DNA from: Oceanispirochaeta sp.
GTDB taxonomy: Bacteria; Spirochaetota; Spirochaetia; DSM-2461
Length of the DNA: 64,000 nt
Direction of reading: 5' to 3'
Assembly (NCBI GenBank): GCA_963666275.2
Contig: CAXXOA010000001.1
Span: 1,472,001-1,536,000 of the forward strand
Part shown: in pieces, positions 39,469-49,706 of the stretch
Position numbering within the stretch: position 1 is the stretch's first letter
Layout of the letters: the number at the start of each line of letters is the position of its first letter
Program-made: the position numbers and the translations under genes
Notes under the pieces: generated by a model
Told to the model about the DNA's origin: nothing
Seen by the model: only the letters and a program-made list of their open reading frames with translations
The model's database searches: none

Positions 39469-40074
39469 ATGAGTAAACTCTTCACACCTTATGATGAAGT
39501 AAGAGATAACGCCCTGAAACTGGCGTATCAGGTATATAAGGACGGTTTTGTACCGGATGTCATCTATGTCCCCCTCCGTGGCGGAGCCTATATGGGGAAT
39601 GTTTTCAGTGAGTTTTTCAAGATCGTCCATAAAGGAAAAAGGCCTGTCTTTTATGCGGCTGTTGTCGCCCGCTCCTACAGTGACATCCATCAGCAGGAAA
39701 ATGTCATGGTTGACGGATGGACCTATGATCCCGCCTATTTGCGTAATGGTGACAAGATTATAATCATCGATGATATTTTTGACTCGGGACGTACATTGAA
39801 TCATCTGGTTTCAAAAATACTGGAGCAGGGGATTCCCCGGGAAGATATTAAATTGGTTGTGCATGACTACAAAATCCACAGCTACAGTCCTCAGCTTCCC
39901 ATAAGGCCCGATTACTTCTGCAGGCAGTTCAATATCAATAAAAAAGAAGACGATGTCTGGATCCATTATATGAGCCATGAACTGGTGGGATTGACAAAGG
40001 AAGAGCAGGAGGAGCATTTTCTGAAAAAAGATCCTTCCCTGAAAGAGATTTTTGACTTTCTGAATTCCCAGTGA
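39469..40074 (+). CDS. Type I phosphoribosyltransferase
   Basis: ATG after AAGGAG; PLRGG and PRPP motif IIIDDIFDSGRTL. Confidence 0.88.
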   Translation: MSKLFTPYDEVRDNALKLAYQVYKDGFVPDVIYVPLRGGAYMGNVFSEFFKIVHKGKRPVFYAAVVARSYSDIHQQENVMVDGWTYDPAYLRNGDKIIIIDDIFDSGRTLNHLVSKILEQGIPREDIKLVVHDYKIHSYSPQLPIRPDYFCRQFNINKKEDDVWIHYMSHELVGLTKEEQEEHFLKKDPSLKEIFDFLNSQ

Positions 40075-40075
40075 T

Positions 40076-40114
40076 AAAAAAAGCCTTGAAGATTTTTCTT
40101 CAAGGCTTTTTTTT
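40076..40114. terminator. Bidirectional intrinsic terminator
   Basis: A7-GCCTTGAAGA-tttt-TCTTCAAGGC-T8 between convergent genes. Confidence 0.9.
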
Positions 40115-40134
40115 GATTTCAAGCAATCTCAGGA

Positions 40135-41370
40135 TTATTCCTGAGACCAGTTTTCATCCTGATTGAGCCATAAGCCCTGGTTGTAGGTTGTGGCATAGAC
40201 CTTACTGTACAGAGCGTCATAATAGAAGTTCTGAATGGTTGCATCTGCAAGGTCACTGCTTTCATAGTTGTTGTCATCAGAAAACTTGTTGTCATGGATG
40301 GTCATATCATCCGTATAAATCTGGTAGTAGCCGTTTCCCTGAATAGAACTGCTGCTGGTGGGGTCTTCAAAAGCTCTTGTTCCAGCCAGGACGGAAGGCC
40401 TATCATACAAATCGGGGATTTCGACAAATGCAGAAAACTCCACGTCGTTGTCCTCACAGAAGATACTGCTCCAGGTTCCTCCGGATTTATATAGGATCGG
40501 ATGATCATCATCGTCAGCTTCTGTCCCTATAAAAAGCATGTTATAGGAAGGAGAGTAGTAAAGGCTGAGGAAATCATAGTTATCACTTACAGTCGTTTCG
40601 GCAGAGAAAGAGAAATAGCTGCTGTCTCCATCGGCTACAGCTAATATGCCATTATCCGGAGTGCTGCCGCTTGTATTGTAAATCATATAAACATCATTGG
40701 CACTAGTATCGAGAGCTATGGCAACCACAGGCATATCAAAGTCGGAACTGTCAGGAAAGGTTACCCTGTTTACAGTGGGACTATTTACAATATCAAATGC
40801 TGCGAGGGCCGCCGCTCCGGCAGGGCTGTCGGGGAAAAAGTAGAGGGAACTGTCTTCAATGGTTGAGTTTTCAGAATCATCTGTATTGTATTGAATTGCA
40901 TTGAGGTAAATACCCTTATCACCCGCTGGAAAAAGCCGGAATCTGTAAAAATCTGTGCCGGAGCTGGCATCCAGTTTATTCGTATGATAAATTTCCTCCC
41001 ATTCCTCTGAAGTTGAATTGTATCGAATTATACCGCTTCGGTAGGAAGCATCATGACTGATCACTGTGGCATAGAGTTGTCCGTTGAAAACAGCAATAGA
41101 CGGAAACGTTCTGTCACTGTCATATTTATCGGGTTGGGGATATTTGTCCCAGGTATCACTGCCGCTTTCTCTTGTGCTGTGCCATACATTTTTTCCGTTG
41201 ATGACATACTGATCGCCAAAAAGAAGAAACTGATTCAGAGTTGTTCCAGAGGATAGATTATTAGTATCCAGGATTTCCTCTTCATTTTCAAGGTTCTGGA
41301 AAATCCCGTCACCGGAGCAACCAGTCAGGACTATAGCTGTTAGTAATATAATGTTTCGGATTAATTTCAT
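40135..41370 (-). CDS. Lipoprotein, probable beta-propeller
   Basis: Lipobox VLTGC; repeated short strands (LYATV, LFIGT, VLAGT, VYATTYNQGLW). Confidence 0.75.
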   Translation of the reverse strand: MKLIRNIILLTAIVLTGCSGDGIFQNLENEEEILDTNNLSSGTTLNQFLLFGDQYVINGKNVWHSTRESGSDTWDKYPQPDKYDSDRTFPSIAVFNGQLYATVISHDASYRSGIIRYNSTSEEWEEIYHTNKLDASSGTDFYRFRLFPAGDKGIYLNAIQYNTDDSENSTIEDSSLYFFPDSPAGAAALAAFDIVNSPTVNRVTFPDSSDFDMPVVAIALDTSANDVYMIYNTSGSTPDNGILAVADGDSSYFSFSAETTVSDNYDFLSLYYSPSYNMLFIGTEADDDDHPILYKSGGTWSSIFCEDNDVEFSAFVEIPDLYDRPSVLAGTRAFEDPTSSSSIQGNGYYQIYTDDMTIHDNKFSDDNNYESSDLADATIQNFYYDALYSKVYATTYNQGLWLNQDENWSQE

Positions 41371-41379
41371 ATTTTCCTC

Positions 41380-42033
41380 TTAGAAGTGATAAACCGCAGA
41401 AAGACTCATATCCATAAAATTCCCCAGTCTGTTGTAGTCCGGGTCGGATGGATAGATCTGGGGAACCCACCAGTAGGTCAGGTTGGTTCCAAAAGACCAG
41501 TCACTGCTCTGATTCCAGAAAAATCCCGCGCCGGGTTTGAAAATCATATCAACATGGAAGTCATCCAGATAGGACGTCATGCTCATTCCGGCTCCCAGAT
41601 GGACGGGGATCGTAAAAAGGTTGTTTTTCAATTGAAATTCATAGGTTCCCCTGAACATAATCGGTACCATGTAGAAATTGTTTTTGTTGGGACTTCTGGC
41701 AAACATGGCGCCGATTTCCATACCCAGAATGACATTATTATTCAGATAGGCTCCGTAATAAAGATGCCCCGTTCCCCCCATGGAAAGGTTGGTGGAAGAT
41801 ATGGCATCCTCGCCGCTTCCCGGTGAAGGATTCTGGAAAAAGAGGGGGAAAAAGAGACCTGCATTTATAGAAAAAATCTGATCTCCCATGCTATGGTACT
41901 CAATGTCAATGGTAGCATCCTCTTCGGGTTTGTCTGCATCCTGAGCTGTTAGAGAAACAGAAAAAATTGCCAGGAAGAATAAAAAGGTTGTAACTCTATT
42001 CCCTGGAATGATGTATGCTGTTTTTTTATTCAA
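41380..42033 (-). CDS. Small outer-membrane beta-barrel (TP0733/OmpW-like)
   Basis: Signal peptide, about 8 amphipathic strands, terminal SAVYHF; divergent from folD. Confidence 0.8.
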   Translation of the reverse strand: MNKKTAYIIPGNRVTTFLFFLAIFSVSLTAQDADKPEEDATIDIEYHSMGDQIFSINAGLFFPLFFQNPSPGSGEDAISSTNLSMGGTGHLYYGAYLNNNVILGMEIGAMFARSPNKNNFYMVPIMFRGTYEFQLKNNLFTIPVHLGAGMSMTSYLDDFHVDMIFKPGAGFFWNQSSDWSFGTNLTYWWVPQIYPSDPDYNRLGNFMDMSLSAVYHF

Positions 42034-42123
42034 GTTGATTCCTCATTCTCGAAAGATATGTGATAATACCATAGTAACAACAAAGCTTCAACGACGTTAC
42101 AAAGCGACTGAAAGGACATTTGA

Positions 42124-42999
42124 ATGGCAGAGATTATTGATGGAAAAAGTGTTTCCGCTGATCTGAGAGAACAGCTGAAAACAAAAGTGGAAAAGATGAA
42201 GGAATCCGGTGTGACACCGGGGCTGGCAGTAGTTCTTGTCGGGGAAGATCCCGCCAGTAGATCCTATGTTACAGCAAAAGAGAAAAGCTGCGGCGAACTG
42301 GGAATGCTCTCAAGGGATATCCGTCTTCCCGAAAGTACAAGCGAAGAAGAACTCCTGGCGCTTGTAGAAAAACTCAATGGGGATGATGAGATAGACGGCA
42401 TACTCGTTCAGCTTCCTCTTCCTTCCCATATGGACGAAAACAAGGTGATTCTGGCGATTGATCCTGCCAAGGACGTTGATGGATTCCATCCTGTGAGTGT
42501 GGGGAAAATGGTCCTTGAACAGGACACGTTTCTTCCCTGTACTCCCCACGGGATACTGAAACTGCTGGAGTTTAAAAATATCTCTCCCGCCGGAAAAAAA
42601 GTCGTGGTAGTGGGCAGGAGCAATATTGTCGGAAAGCCTATCGCCAACCTTATGATTCAGAAGCAGTCCTGGGGAAATGCCACTGTGACTGTCTGTCATA
42701 CAAGAACCGCAGATCTGAAGAAGGAAACTCTCGAAGCGGATATTCTGATTGCTGCGGCAGGACGGCCGGAAATCATTACGGGAGATATGATAAAACCCGG
42801 TGCCGTGGTCATAGACGTGGGAGTGAATAGAGTTCCCGACGAGACTAAAAAGAGAGGATACAGGCTTACCGGGGATGTCCTTTTTGGAGAAGCCGAAAAA
42901 GTGGCATCCTATATTACACCTGTTCCCGGAGGCGTCGGTCCTATGACAATCACCATGCTGCTTTATAATACAATCCAGTCAGCGGAAAAGAGACTTTAA
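42124..42999 (+). CDS. folD: Methylenetetrahydrofolate dehydrogenase/cyclohydrolase
   Basis: GILVQLPLP, KDVDGFH, PCTPHG, GRSNIVGKP, PVPGGVGPMT. Confidence 0.98.
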   Translation: MAEIIDGKSVSADLREQLKTKVEKMKESGVTPGLAVVLVGEDPASRSYVTAKEKSCGELGMLSRDIRLPESTSEEELLALVEKLNGDDEIDGILVQLPLPSHMDENKVILAIDPAKDVDGFHPVSVGKMVLEQDTFLPCTPHGILKLLEFKNISPAGKKVVVVGRSNIVGKPIANLMIQKQSWGNATVTVCHTRTADLKKETLEADILIAAAGRPEIITGDMIKPGAVVIDVGVNRVPDETKKRGYRLTGDVLFGEAEKVASYITPVPGGVGPMTITMLLYNTIQSAEKRL

Positions 43000-43042
43000 A
43001 GAGTGTTGCCATTACCCGGCAGGGTAGGCTAAATTGTTAATT

Positions 43043-45073
43043 ATGAAAAAAAATGTACTTATCATTGCAGCAGCTGTCCTGGCGACAGCTGTTGTTCTTT
43101 ATTCCGCTTTCAGTATTATTTCTCTCCGGAATCAGCTCAGCAGCAGTCAGCAGCAGATTGAAATTTTCATGAATCAGACCAGAGATGATCTGGGATATAT
43201 AAATGAAACTCAGGATGTGATGAAACAGAATGCTCAGCAGGTTCGGCAGTATGTGAACCTTCCGTCTCTGAATTTTCCCTCCCGGGAAACAGAGGAAACT
43301 CCCGGGCAGGAGGATTCTCCTCAATCGGGTAATTTTGAACTGGCTGCCTATGATGCGATTAGTTATCTGAACAGCTATAACAGGGATTTAACCTATATTC
43401 AGAATTTCAATGCCTTTCTGAATGGTTCTCAGTTTCGCAGTTTTCTGGAGAGTTCGGGGCTGGACCTCAGAAAAACAGGAGATTTTTCAAGGAATCTGCT
43501 GACAGATAACGAGAAGTCTCTTTTTAAAATGACCTTTGACAGAAAGGAAAAGCAGCTTGAAATATCCTCGGGAATCTTTGAGGTTTCACAGACCTTCGGC
43601 CTGGAGGATCCGGCAGTTTTTCAGTTTCTGGAAGATGAAACACAAAAACAGAAGGGGGCTCTGGATTATATTTCCGATCTGAACAGTCAGCTCAACTCTC
43701 TCTACAGGGATAGGAATTTCAGAAACTCCCTCGGAGATTTGGAGCTCTATCTGGGGGATCCTGTCTACAGAGCCGAAAATCTCATAGTCCCTGTCATCAG
43801 AAAAGATAATTCCCGGTATGCCCGGATCACGACCCATACGGCAGACGGGGTTTTCCTTTTTCAACAGACCTCTTTTACAGATCTTTCCTCTTTGAAAGAA
43901 GGGGTCCTTGAAATCCTTTCCGGGAGTGATCTGAGAACGGAAGCCGAGATTCTGGATGATCTTGTAAAATCCGAAGTGGAAACACTCCTTGAGGATGAGG
44001 CCTTTCTGGCACATCTGAATAAACTCGGCTATACCTACAGAGGACATCATCGGGAGGATAACGATTATTACTATTATGATCTCGATGATTCTGAAGGGAA
44101 TATTGCCGGGGCTCTGGCTCTTCAGAAAGAGTTCGGTGAAGTCTATCTGATGGACAGAGATGATATCCCTGTGAGATCTCTTAAAACTTTTGCTCCCGAC
44201 CATGAGCTTGTCTATTCCTTTCAGAATCAGGAACCTGTGATTTCTGATGAAATGATTACGATTCCCTCCCAGGGATCTGAGACATTCCTGCTTATCGGTT
44301 CTCATGAGCATAATGCGGATACTATGATTCTTGTCCATTTCAACAGCATCCAGGAACAGGTTTCCATGCTGAGTATTCCCAGGGATCTCTATTACAAAGG
44401 GATGAAGATCAACTCAATCTACAGGAATTACGGCCCCTCCAGGCTTATGTCTGATCTCTCCTCCATCACCGGACTGAATATCAGTAAATACATCGCCATA
44501 GATATGTACGCCTTTATTGATATGGTGAATATCCTCGGGGGGATCACAGTGGAGCTGGACGAACCTCTCATTGATCCCACCTATAAAGTCCGGGAAAACG
44601 GCCGCTGGTCCACACTGTTCTATCCTGCGGGAGAACATCACCTGGATGGGGTGGCCGCCTTGAGAATTGCCCGGTCCCGTCACACCTCTTCGGATTTTGA
44701 ACGGGCCGTGAGACAGCAGAAAGTCATTGCAGCCCTCAGGGACAGTATCGGAAGCATGGGCGTTACAGATGTAACGAAACTGTACGACTTTATGCAGATT
44801 GCCGAAAAATATCTGCTCACGAATTTTTCCACAGCAGAAATGGTTAAATACTATCTCTCCTACAAGGATTATAAAATTCGTGGACAGAACGTGCTGAATA
44901 CCGATAATGTATTATATGCCACCTATACAAATCTGTATCGGCTATCCCAGGAGGAGCAGGAAAGTGCTCTGGCTGATCCTGATTTCTATAAGGGCGGTTG
45001 GATTGTTCTTCCCAAGAATAATGACTGGAATGCCATCAGGGATTTTGTCCTTTCGATTATGCAGTCATCCTAG
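43043..45073 (+). CDS. LCP (LytR-CpsA-Psr) family protein with long N-terminal extension
   Basis: TM anchor; C-terminal ADTMIL, SIPRDLY, KINS, RSRH, SDFERAVRQQ. Confidence 0.88.
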   Translation: MKKNVLIIAAAVLATAVVLYSAFSIISLRNQLSSSQQQIEIFMNQTRDDLGYINETQDVMKQNAQQVRQYVNLPSLNFPSRETEETPGQEDSPQSGNFELAAYDAISYLNSYNRDLTYIQNFNAFLNGSQFRSFLESSGLDLRKTGDFSRNLLTDNEKSLFKMTFDRKEKQLEISSGIFEVSQTFGLEDPAVFQFLEDETQKQKGALDYISDLNSQLNSLYRDRNFRNSLGDLELYLGDPVYRAENLIVPVIRKDNSRYARITTHTADGVFLFQQTSFTDLSSLKEGVLEILSGSDLRTEAEILDDLVKSEVETLLEDEAFLAHLNKLGYTYRGHHREDNDYYYYDLDDSEGNIAGALALQKEFGEVYLMDRDDIPVRSLKTFAPDHELVYSFQNQEPVISDEMITIPSQGSETFLLIGSHEHNADTMILVHFNSIQEQVSMLSIPRDLYYKGMKINSIYRNYGPSRLMSDLSSITGLNISKYIAIDMYAFIDMVNILGGITVELDEPLIDPTYKVRENGRWSTLFYPAGEHHLDGVAALRIARSRHTSSDFERAVRQQKVIAALRDSIGSMGVTDVTKLYDFMQIAEKYLLTNFSTAEMVKYYLSYKDYKIRGQNVLNTDNVLYATYTNLYRLSQEEQESALADPDFYKGGWIVLPKNNDWNAIRDFVLSIMQSS

Positions 45074-45090
45074 GGGTATCTGAGTGAAAA

Positions 45091-45130
45091 GGCAAAAGGG
45101 AAAATCGGCTCAGCCGGATCCCTTTCTGCC
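45091..45130. other. Interrupted intergenic hairpin
   Basis: GGCA-AAAGGGA..TCGGCT-c-AGCCGG..TCCCTTT-c-TGCC; no U tract. Confidence 0.35.
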
Positions 45131-45182
45131 ATGACAGGACAGTCTTACCACTTGAGTCGTAAAGCTGTCAAAGGAGTAGAGT

Positions 45183-45503
45183 ATGCCTTTTAAACTTTTT
45201 TCATATATTGTTGTTCTTGTATTTCTGGTGACCTTTATCGGTCTGAACCTGGGGAATACATCGGATATCAATCTCTGGTTTTCTGAAAAAGGACAGTTTC
45301 AGGAAGTCCCTATCGTTATCAGTTTTCTTATCATGTATATTCTGGGTGCACTTTCCATTGTTCCCTACATCATTGGAAATCAGTTCCGTCTGAGAAGAAA
45401 AAGAAAGGATAAAAAAAGCATTCCCTCTACCACCCCTGTCAAAATCAGCAAAAAAGGCTCAGATGAGAAAAATACCTTTCCTCAGGACTCCCAGGATAAA
45501 TAG
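45183..45503 (+). CDS. Small membrane protein (LapA-like topology)
   Basis: Two TM helices (FIGLN...INLWF...VPIV) and a basic tail; SD AAGGAG. Confidence 0.7.
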   Translation: MPFKLFSYIVVLVFLVTFIGLNLGNTSDINLWFSEKGQFQEVPIVISFLIMYILGALSIVPYIIGNQFRLRRKRKDKKSIPSTTPVKISKKGSDEKNTFPQDSQDK

Positions 45504-46515
45504 AGCCTGTTTTCTCACTGTTTTTTTCCTGTTCTCTTTTCTCTCTCCGGTACTGTTCGGTAGTGATCTGGACAGGGCTGCGGATCTGGAAGCGTCCGGG
45601 GACCTGGAGTCTGCCGCGGATCTATATGAAAGCTGGCTTAACAGGAGGGCAAACAGAACAGATCCCGATTACGGCAGAACTCTGCTTCATCTCTTACGAT
45701 CCGGAGGATCACCGGGGGGGCAGCTGGCTCTGCTTGAAAAATACCTTCCCTATGTCAACAATGCCTATGACAGGGAAGAGGTTCTGAAATTCGGTGCCTA
45801 TCTGGCGGAGCTTTCCGGCAATCTGGAGCTGGCAGAAAAATATTTTATCCTTCTTCAGGAAAAAGATCCCCGGTATGACTGGATCCCTTCCTATCTGAAT
45901 CTTCAGGAGGATAAGATCCGGAGTGTTGATGATCCTCTTATGTCTTCCCTTCTACTGGATGATGAAGATCATATAGCAAGCCGGCTGATCCTATATCTCC
46001 TTACTCTCTCTCTTAAGCCCGAAACGGGCAGAGAAGCAGAAAACTGGATTAGACTGGCAGAGCAGACCTATCCGTTTCTTGTGGAGCATCCTTCCTGGCT
46101 CTATCAGGTCTGGTCAGTCAGCGGGATATTCGAATTGGATGAACTGACGGATAAATATAGGGAGAGACTGATTCGGAATTTCGGAGAAAGTCCGGAATCC
46201 GGGATTGTGGAATTCAGGATCTCTCCCTACGGAAACCCTCTTTTACTCAGTGCGTACAGTTCCATCGGTGAGTCTCCCGGAGAGGAGACCCCTGCTGCCG
46301 CCGCAACGGGTGAGTTTCTTCAGCTGGGATCATTCTCAGATCTGGGCAATGCGGAATCATTGAAAGAGAATGTGGAGGGGAATACATCCTTTTCTCTCCG
46401 TATTGTCTTTCAGGATGGACTCTATAAGGTTCTGCTGCCTACGGCCTCGGCAGAGTCGGACCGTCAGAATCTGAAGCAGAGAGGATTTGACAGTTTCAGG
46501 GTGAATCTTCCCTAG
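45463..46515 (+). CDS. Exported protein with C-terminal SPOR domain
   Basis: Signal-like N-terminus, helical body, LQLGSFSDLGNA...LYKVLL. Confidence 0.78.
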   Translation: MRKIPFLRTPRINRACFLTVFFLFSFLSPVLFGSDLDRAADLEASGDLESAADLYESWLNRRANRTDPDYGRTLLHLLRSGGSPGGQLALLEKYLPYVNNAYDREEVLKFGAYLAELSGNLELAEKYFILLQEKDPRYDWIPSYLNLQEDKIRSVDDPLMSSLLLDDEDHIASRLILYLLTLSLKPETGREAENWIRLAEQTYPFLVEHPSWLYQVWSVSGIFELDELTDKYRERLIRNFGESPESGIVEFRISPYGNPLLLSAYSSIGESPGEETPAAAATGEFLQLGSFSDLGNAESLKENVEGNTSFSLRIVFQDGLYKVLLPTASAESDRQNLKQRGFDSFRVNLP

Positions 46516-48011
46516 TTTCCGTTGATTTCAATCTGTTCGTAGTGGATGGTGTCTCCGGGAATTCTTGTAAATCCTTTTGTGGTCAATGTTCCCGGTGTGA
46601 GTGTCATGGTCCTTATAATGCGGGAACTGTCTTCTGACTCCTGATACTCAACAGAATAGACATCTCTATGATCAATAAGTCCATTGTTTTTAAGATAATG
46701 CATCTCCAGTATGGATATATCATTGAGGATGAAAAACTCCATAAACCCATTGAAGAGCAGTTCATTCCCCGATTTGAGAGTAAAATAGGGAAGCTCTATA
46801 TTCAGATCTTCCCCTTTATTGTTTCTATACTGCCCAGACAGGCGGGATAGTTCCCGGGACTCTTCAATTCCCTGTCTGACCATAAGGGACTGCTGGAGGG
46901 CGGGGGTGACAGGGCTGTAGAAGCCGTCCCATTCGGTGGAACCGTGAATATTCAGTTTTATCAGATCAACTTCTTCCAGAGACAGGTAGATATCTCTTCG
47001 CTGACTGGTAATGAGGGAACTGCCCGACTGAATATTGATACCCTTGAAAATCGTCCGGAACGTGTCATTCCAGTCATAAATTTCCTGGATATTGTCTTCG
47101 GCAAATATAATCTGATTGCCCGACATATCAAAATGGATGATCTGCTTCAGCAGAGGCTGCCTGTTTCTGTTCAGATCTTCCACCTTGTACCAGGGGCCGG
47201 AAATATACGCGACAAATTCCTCCAGAGAGCTCCTGTAGATCTTTGTGAGCTGCTCTTCCTTTATGGAAAGGCCGGGGACTTTATCAATAGACGCCGGAGC
47301 GTAGATCCGTCTGCTGCGGTTCCATTTGTATGTGGTTTTAATCAGGTCCAGATTATCTTCGCTGACTTCATCAGTTTCTTCGGTAATAATCGTAAAACTT
47401 TCGTTGGTATTCTGGCCCATCCTGTAATCCTGGGACCGTTCAAAGTTTTCTATCTCAATAATTCCATTGATATTTAATGAAAGAATATTGGCCAGCTGCA
47501 ATTTTCCGGCTGCGGTGGTCACGATCGTATAGGCATCGAATGTATGATTCTGTTCCTTTGTGAATCCCGTCACTATAATTTCATTCATCGAATTCCCTGT
47601 GACATCCTGGAGCAGTACATTCAGTCCTTCGCTGCTGTCGGCGCTGATAGGGGTTTTAAGAGCTTCGTAAAATATCATGTCCTCATTGTTGTAATCCACA
47701 ACATAGAGGATCATCCGGTCCTGCTCTTCAGATGTGAGTCTCGTGAGGATAATCTGTTCGTCTTCCGTGTCAAAATCCAGGTTCAGATCGTTTGTGAGAA
47801 CCAGTTTCTCTTCCTGGGGAATCGGAATCATGGGGACCAGGAAATTCCTGTCCTCTTCCTGATTCGTCGTCTCGTCATCAATCCGGGACCGGTCCGCCCC
47901 CCCCATGGGGTTGATGACTCTGGGAGCTGTCTGAACTTCAGTATTGTTATTCCCGTCCCTGCAGGATAGGAGAATGGCTGGAAATAAAAGAAGAAAAGCA
48001 ATTTTTTTCAT
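46512..48011 (-). CDS. Lipoprotein, possibly pallilysin-related adhesin family
   Basis: Lipobox LLSC; NLDFDTEDEQII and DVTGNSMNEIIV Ca-binding-like loops; family name recalled, not verified. Confidence 0.6.
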   Translation of the reverse strand: MKKIAFLLLFPAILLSCRDGNNNTEVQTAPRVINPMGGADRSRIDDETTNQEEDRNFLVPMIPIPQEEKLVLTNDLNLDFDTEDEQIILTRLTSEEQDRMILYVVDYNNEDMIFYEALKTPISADSSEGLNVLLQDVTGNSMNEIIVTGFTKEQNHTFDAYTIVTTAAGKLQLANILSLNINGIIEIENFERSQDYRMGQNTNESFTIITEETDEVSEDNLDLIKTTYKWNRSRRIYAPASIDKVPGLSIKEEQLTKIYRSSLEEFVAYISGPWYKVEDLNRNRQPLLKQIIHFDMSGNQIIFAEDNIQEIYDWNDTFRTIFKGINIQSGSSLITSQRRDIYLSLEEVDLIKLNIHGSTEWDGFYSPVTPALQQSLMVRQGIEESRELSRLSGQYRNNKGEDLNIELPYFTLKSGNELLFNGFMEFFILNDISILEMHYLKNNGLIDHRDVYSVEYQESEDSSRIIRTMTLTPGTLTTKGFTRIPGDTIHYEQIEINGN

Positions 48012-48044
48012 GGGCTATATTATGTTGGAGAAAATCAAAAAAAG

Positions 48045-49034
48045 CTAGTCTGTATCTTCCGGATAATAGGGGGCGAAAAAATCAAGAATCTCTTTTTTTA
48101 TTTTATCCAGAGGCTCTGTTATTTTAAAACCTGCCGCTGTGGGATGGCCTCCGCCGCCATAGCGTGAAGCCAGGGGGAGGCAGTCTATTTCGTTTTTGGT
48201 CCGGATAGAGCATCGGGTGACGCCGTTGGCATTCTCTTTGACAAAGACAGAGATCCTGACGGCGCTGCACTGAAGGGGAATATTGACAATTTCCTGGGAT
48301 TCTTCATATTTGGCCCCTGATTCAATAAGATCAGCCTTTGTCATCACTTGATAGGCCAGATGGTCTGAATAATGGAGTTCCAGGCTGGATCCTACGATGG
48401 TTCTCAGCTTCAGGGATTCAGTGGATTTGCTTTCATAGAGTTCGGAGTACACAAAATTGGGACGGGCTCCATTCTGTACCAGTTTGTGTGCAATGGAAAA
48501 TGTTTTTGCTGTTGTTTTGGGATAGATAAATGAACCTGTATCATAAACTATTCCGGCAAACATGGCTTCCGTCAGAGGTGAAAAAAAGGGGATGGAAAAA
48601 TGACGCTGAATATCATAGAGTATTTCACATGTGGAGGACGCTTCCGGCTGGAACAGGCCCTCAAAGGGGATTATATCCTCATAGTCATGGTGATCAATCA
48701 CGACAAGGTCTTTCATATTGTCAATGTTCATCTTCCCGGAAAGATGACCTATATTGCCAGGTTCGGTGTCCACAACAATCAGGATATGTTCGGATGGATT
48801 AAAAGGGAGAGGATCATCAGGAGACAGTGTGATAATAGACTGATCCGGATCCATAAAGCTGTATTTTAATTCCGTTGGATCAGAATTGACAATCCGGCTG
48901 GATTTGCCTAAATGAGTTAAAAGAGAAAATAGTACGATTTCCGATCCGATTGCATCCCCGTCAGGGGCTTCATGTGCGGTGATAATGTATTTATCATGAT
49001 CCAGGAGGTAATCACCGAATTCCGTTAGTGTCAT
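48045..49034 (-). CDS. DHH/DHHA1 phosphoesterase (NrnA-like)
   Basis: HEAPDGDAIGS, VVD, IDHH, YDTGSF, GGGGHPTAAG. Confidence 0.93.
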   Translation of the reverse strand: MTLTEFGDYLLDHDKYIITAHEAPDGDAIGSEIVLFSLLTHLGKSSRIVNSDPTELKYSFMDPDQSIITLSPDDPLPFNPSEHILIVVDTEPGNIGHLSGKMNIDNMKDLVVIDHHDYEDIIPFEGLFQPEASSTCEILYDIQRHFSIPFFSPLTEAMFAGIVYDTGSFIYPKTTAKTFSIAHKLVQNGARPNFVYSELYESKSTESLKLRTIVGSSLELHYSDHLAYQVMTKADLIESGAKYEESQEIVNIPLQCSAVRISVFVKENANGVTRCSIRTKNEIDCLPLASRYGGGGHPTAAGFKITEPLDKIKKEILDFFAPYYPEDTD

Positions 49035-49063
49035 TAATTGTGTCCTTGAATATAATATAGACT

Positions 49064-49702
49064 ATGGGGTCGGGAAATTCTAATTTTTGGAGAAAAAAAA
49101 TAAACACAATTGATTTAATACAGAAAAAACTTCTGCCTGTCGAATGCATCATCCCCGCGGCGGGATTTTCCTCCCGGATGGATGACTGGAAAATCCGGCT
49201 GAAAGACAAAAATGGGAAAACATTTCTGCAGGGAACAGTAGAGAAAGCTCTTGGTGTCTGTGAAAAGGTCATTCTGGTAGGAGGGTACCGTTTTGAGGAG
49301 TTGAAACACTCCTTTGAACCCCATGAAAGGCTTGTGGTCATTGAAAATCCCGGGTATGCCGGAGGGATGCTTTCGTCTATCCAGAGAGGTTTGCTTTTAG
49401 TGGAAAAAGATTTTTTCATTACTCCCGTTGATATGCCGGCACTCACCGGTGAACATTACAGAATACTCTACAGCCTTTTTGATGCCGAGCATGTTCTCAG
49501 GCCAGTTTTCAGGGGGCAGCCGGGACATCCGATACTGTGTCCCTACGGCTGCAGGAAAGATATCCTTGAACTGAAAGGAGACCGTCTGATCAAGGCTCTC
49601 AGGCACTGGGATACAAGGAAGGCTGTCTGGGAGGATTCTTCAGTGGTGGCAGATATCGATACTCCGGAGGAGTACGCCGCCTGGATCAGTTCAAACTCTT
49701 AG
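49064..49702 (+). CDS. MocA/MobA-like nucleotidyltransferase
   Basis: PAAGFSSRM, NPGYAGGMLSSI, PVDMP, GHP, DIDTPEEY; start uncertain. Confidence 0.85.
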   Translation: MGSGNSNFWRKKINTIDLIQKKLLPVECIIPAAGFSSRMDDWKIRLKDKNGKTFLQGTVEKALGVCEKVILVGGYRFEELKHSFEPHERLVVIENPGYAGGMLSSIQRGLLLVEKDFFITPVDMPALTGEHYRILYSLFDAEHVLRPVFRGQPGHPILCPYGCRKDILELKGDRLIKALRHWDTRKAVWEDSSVVADIDTPEEYAAWISSNS

Positions 49703-49706
49703 AATG

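Noticed and set aside
49064..49702. Assigning mocA or mobA as gene symbol
   Set aside because: The family is clear but nucleotide specificity is not, and no molybdoenzyme genes are adjacent.
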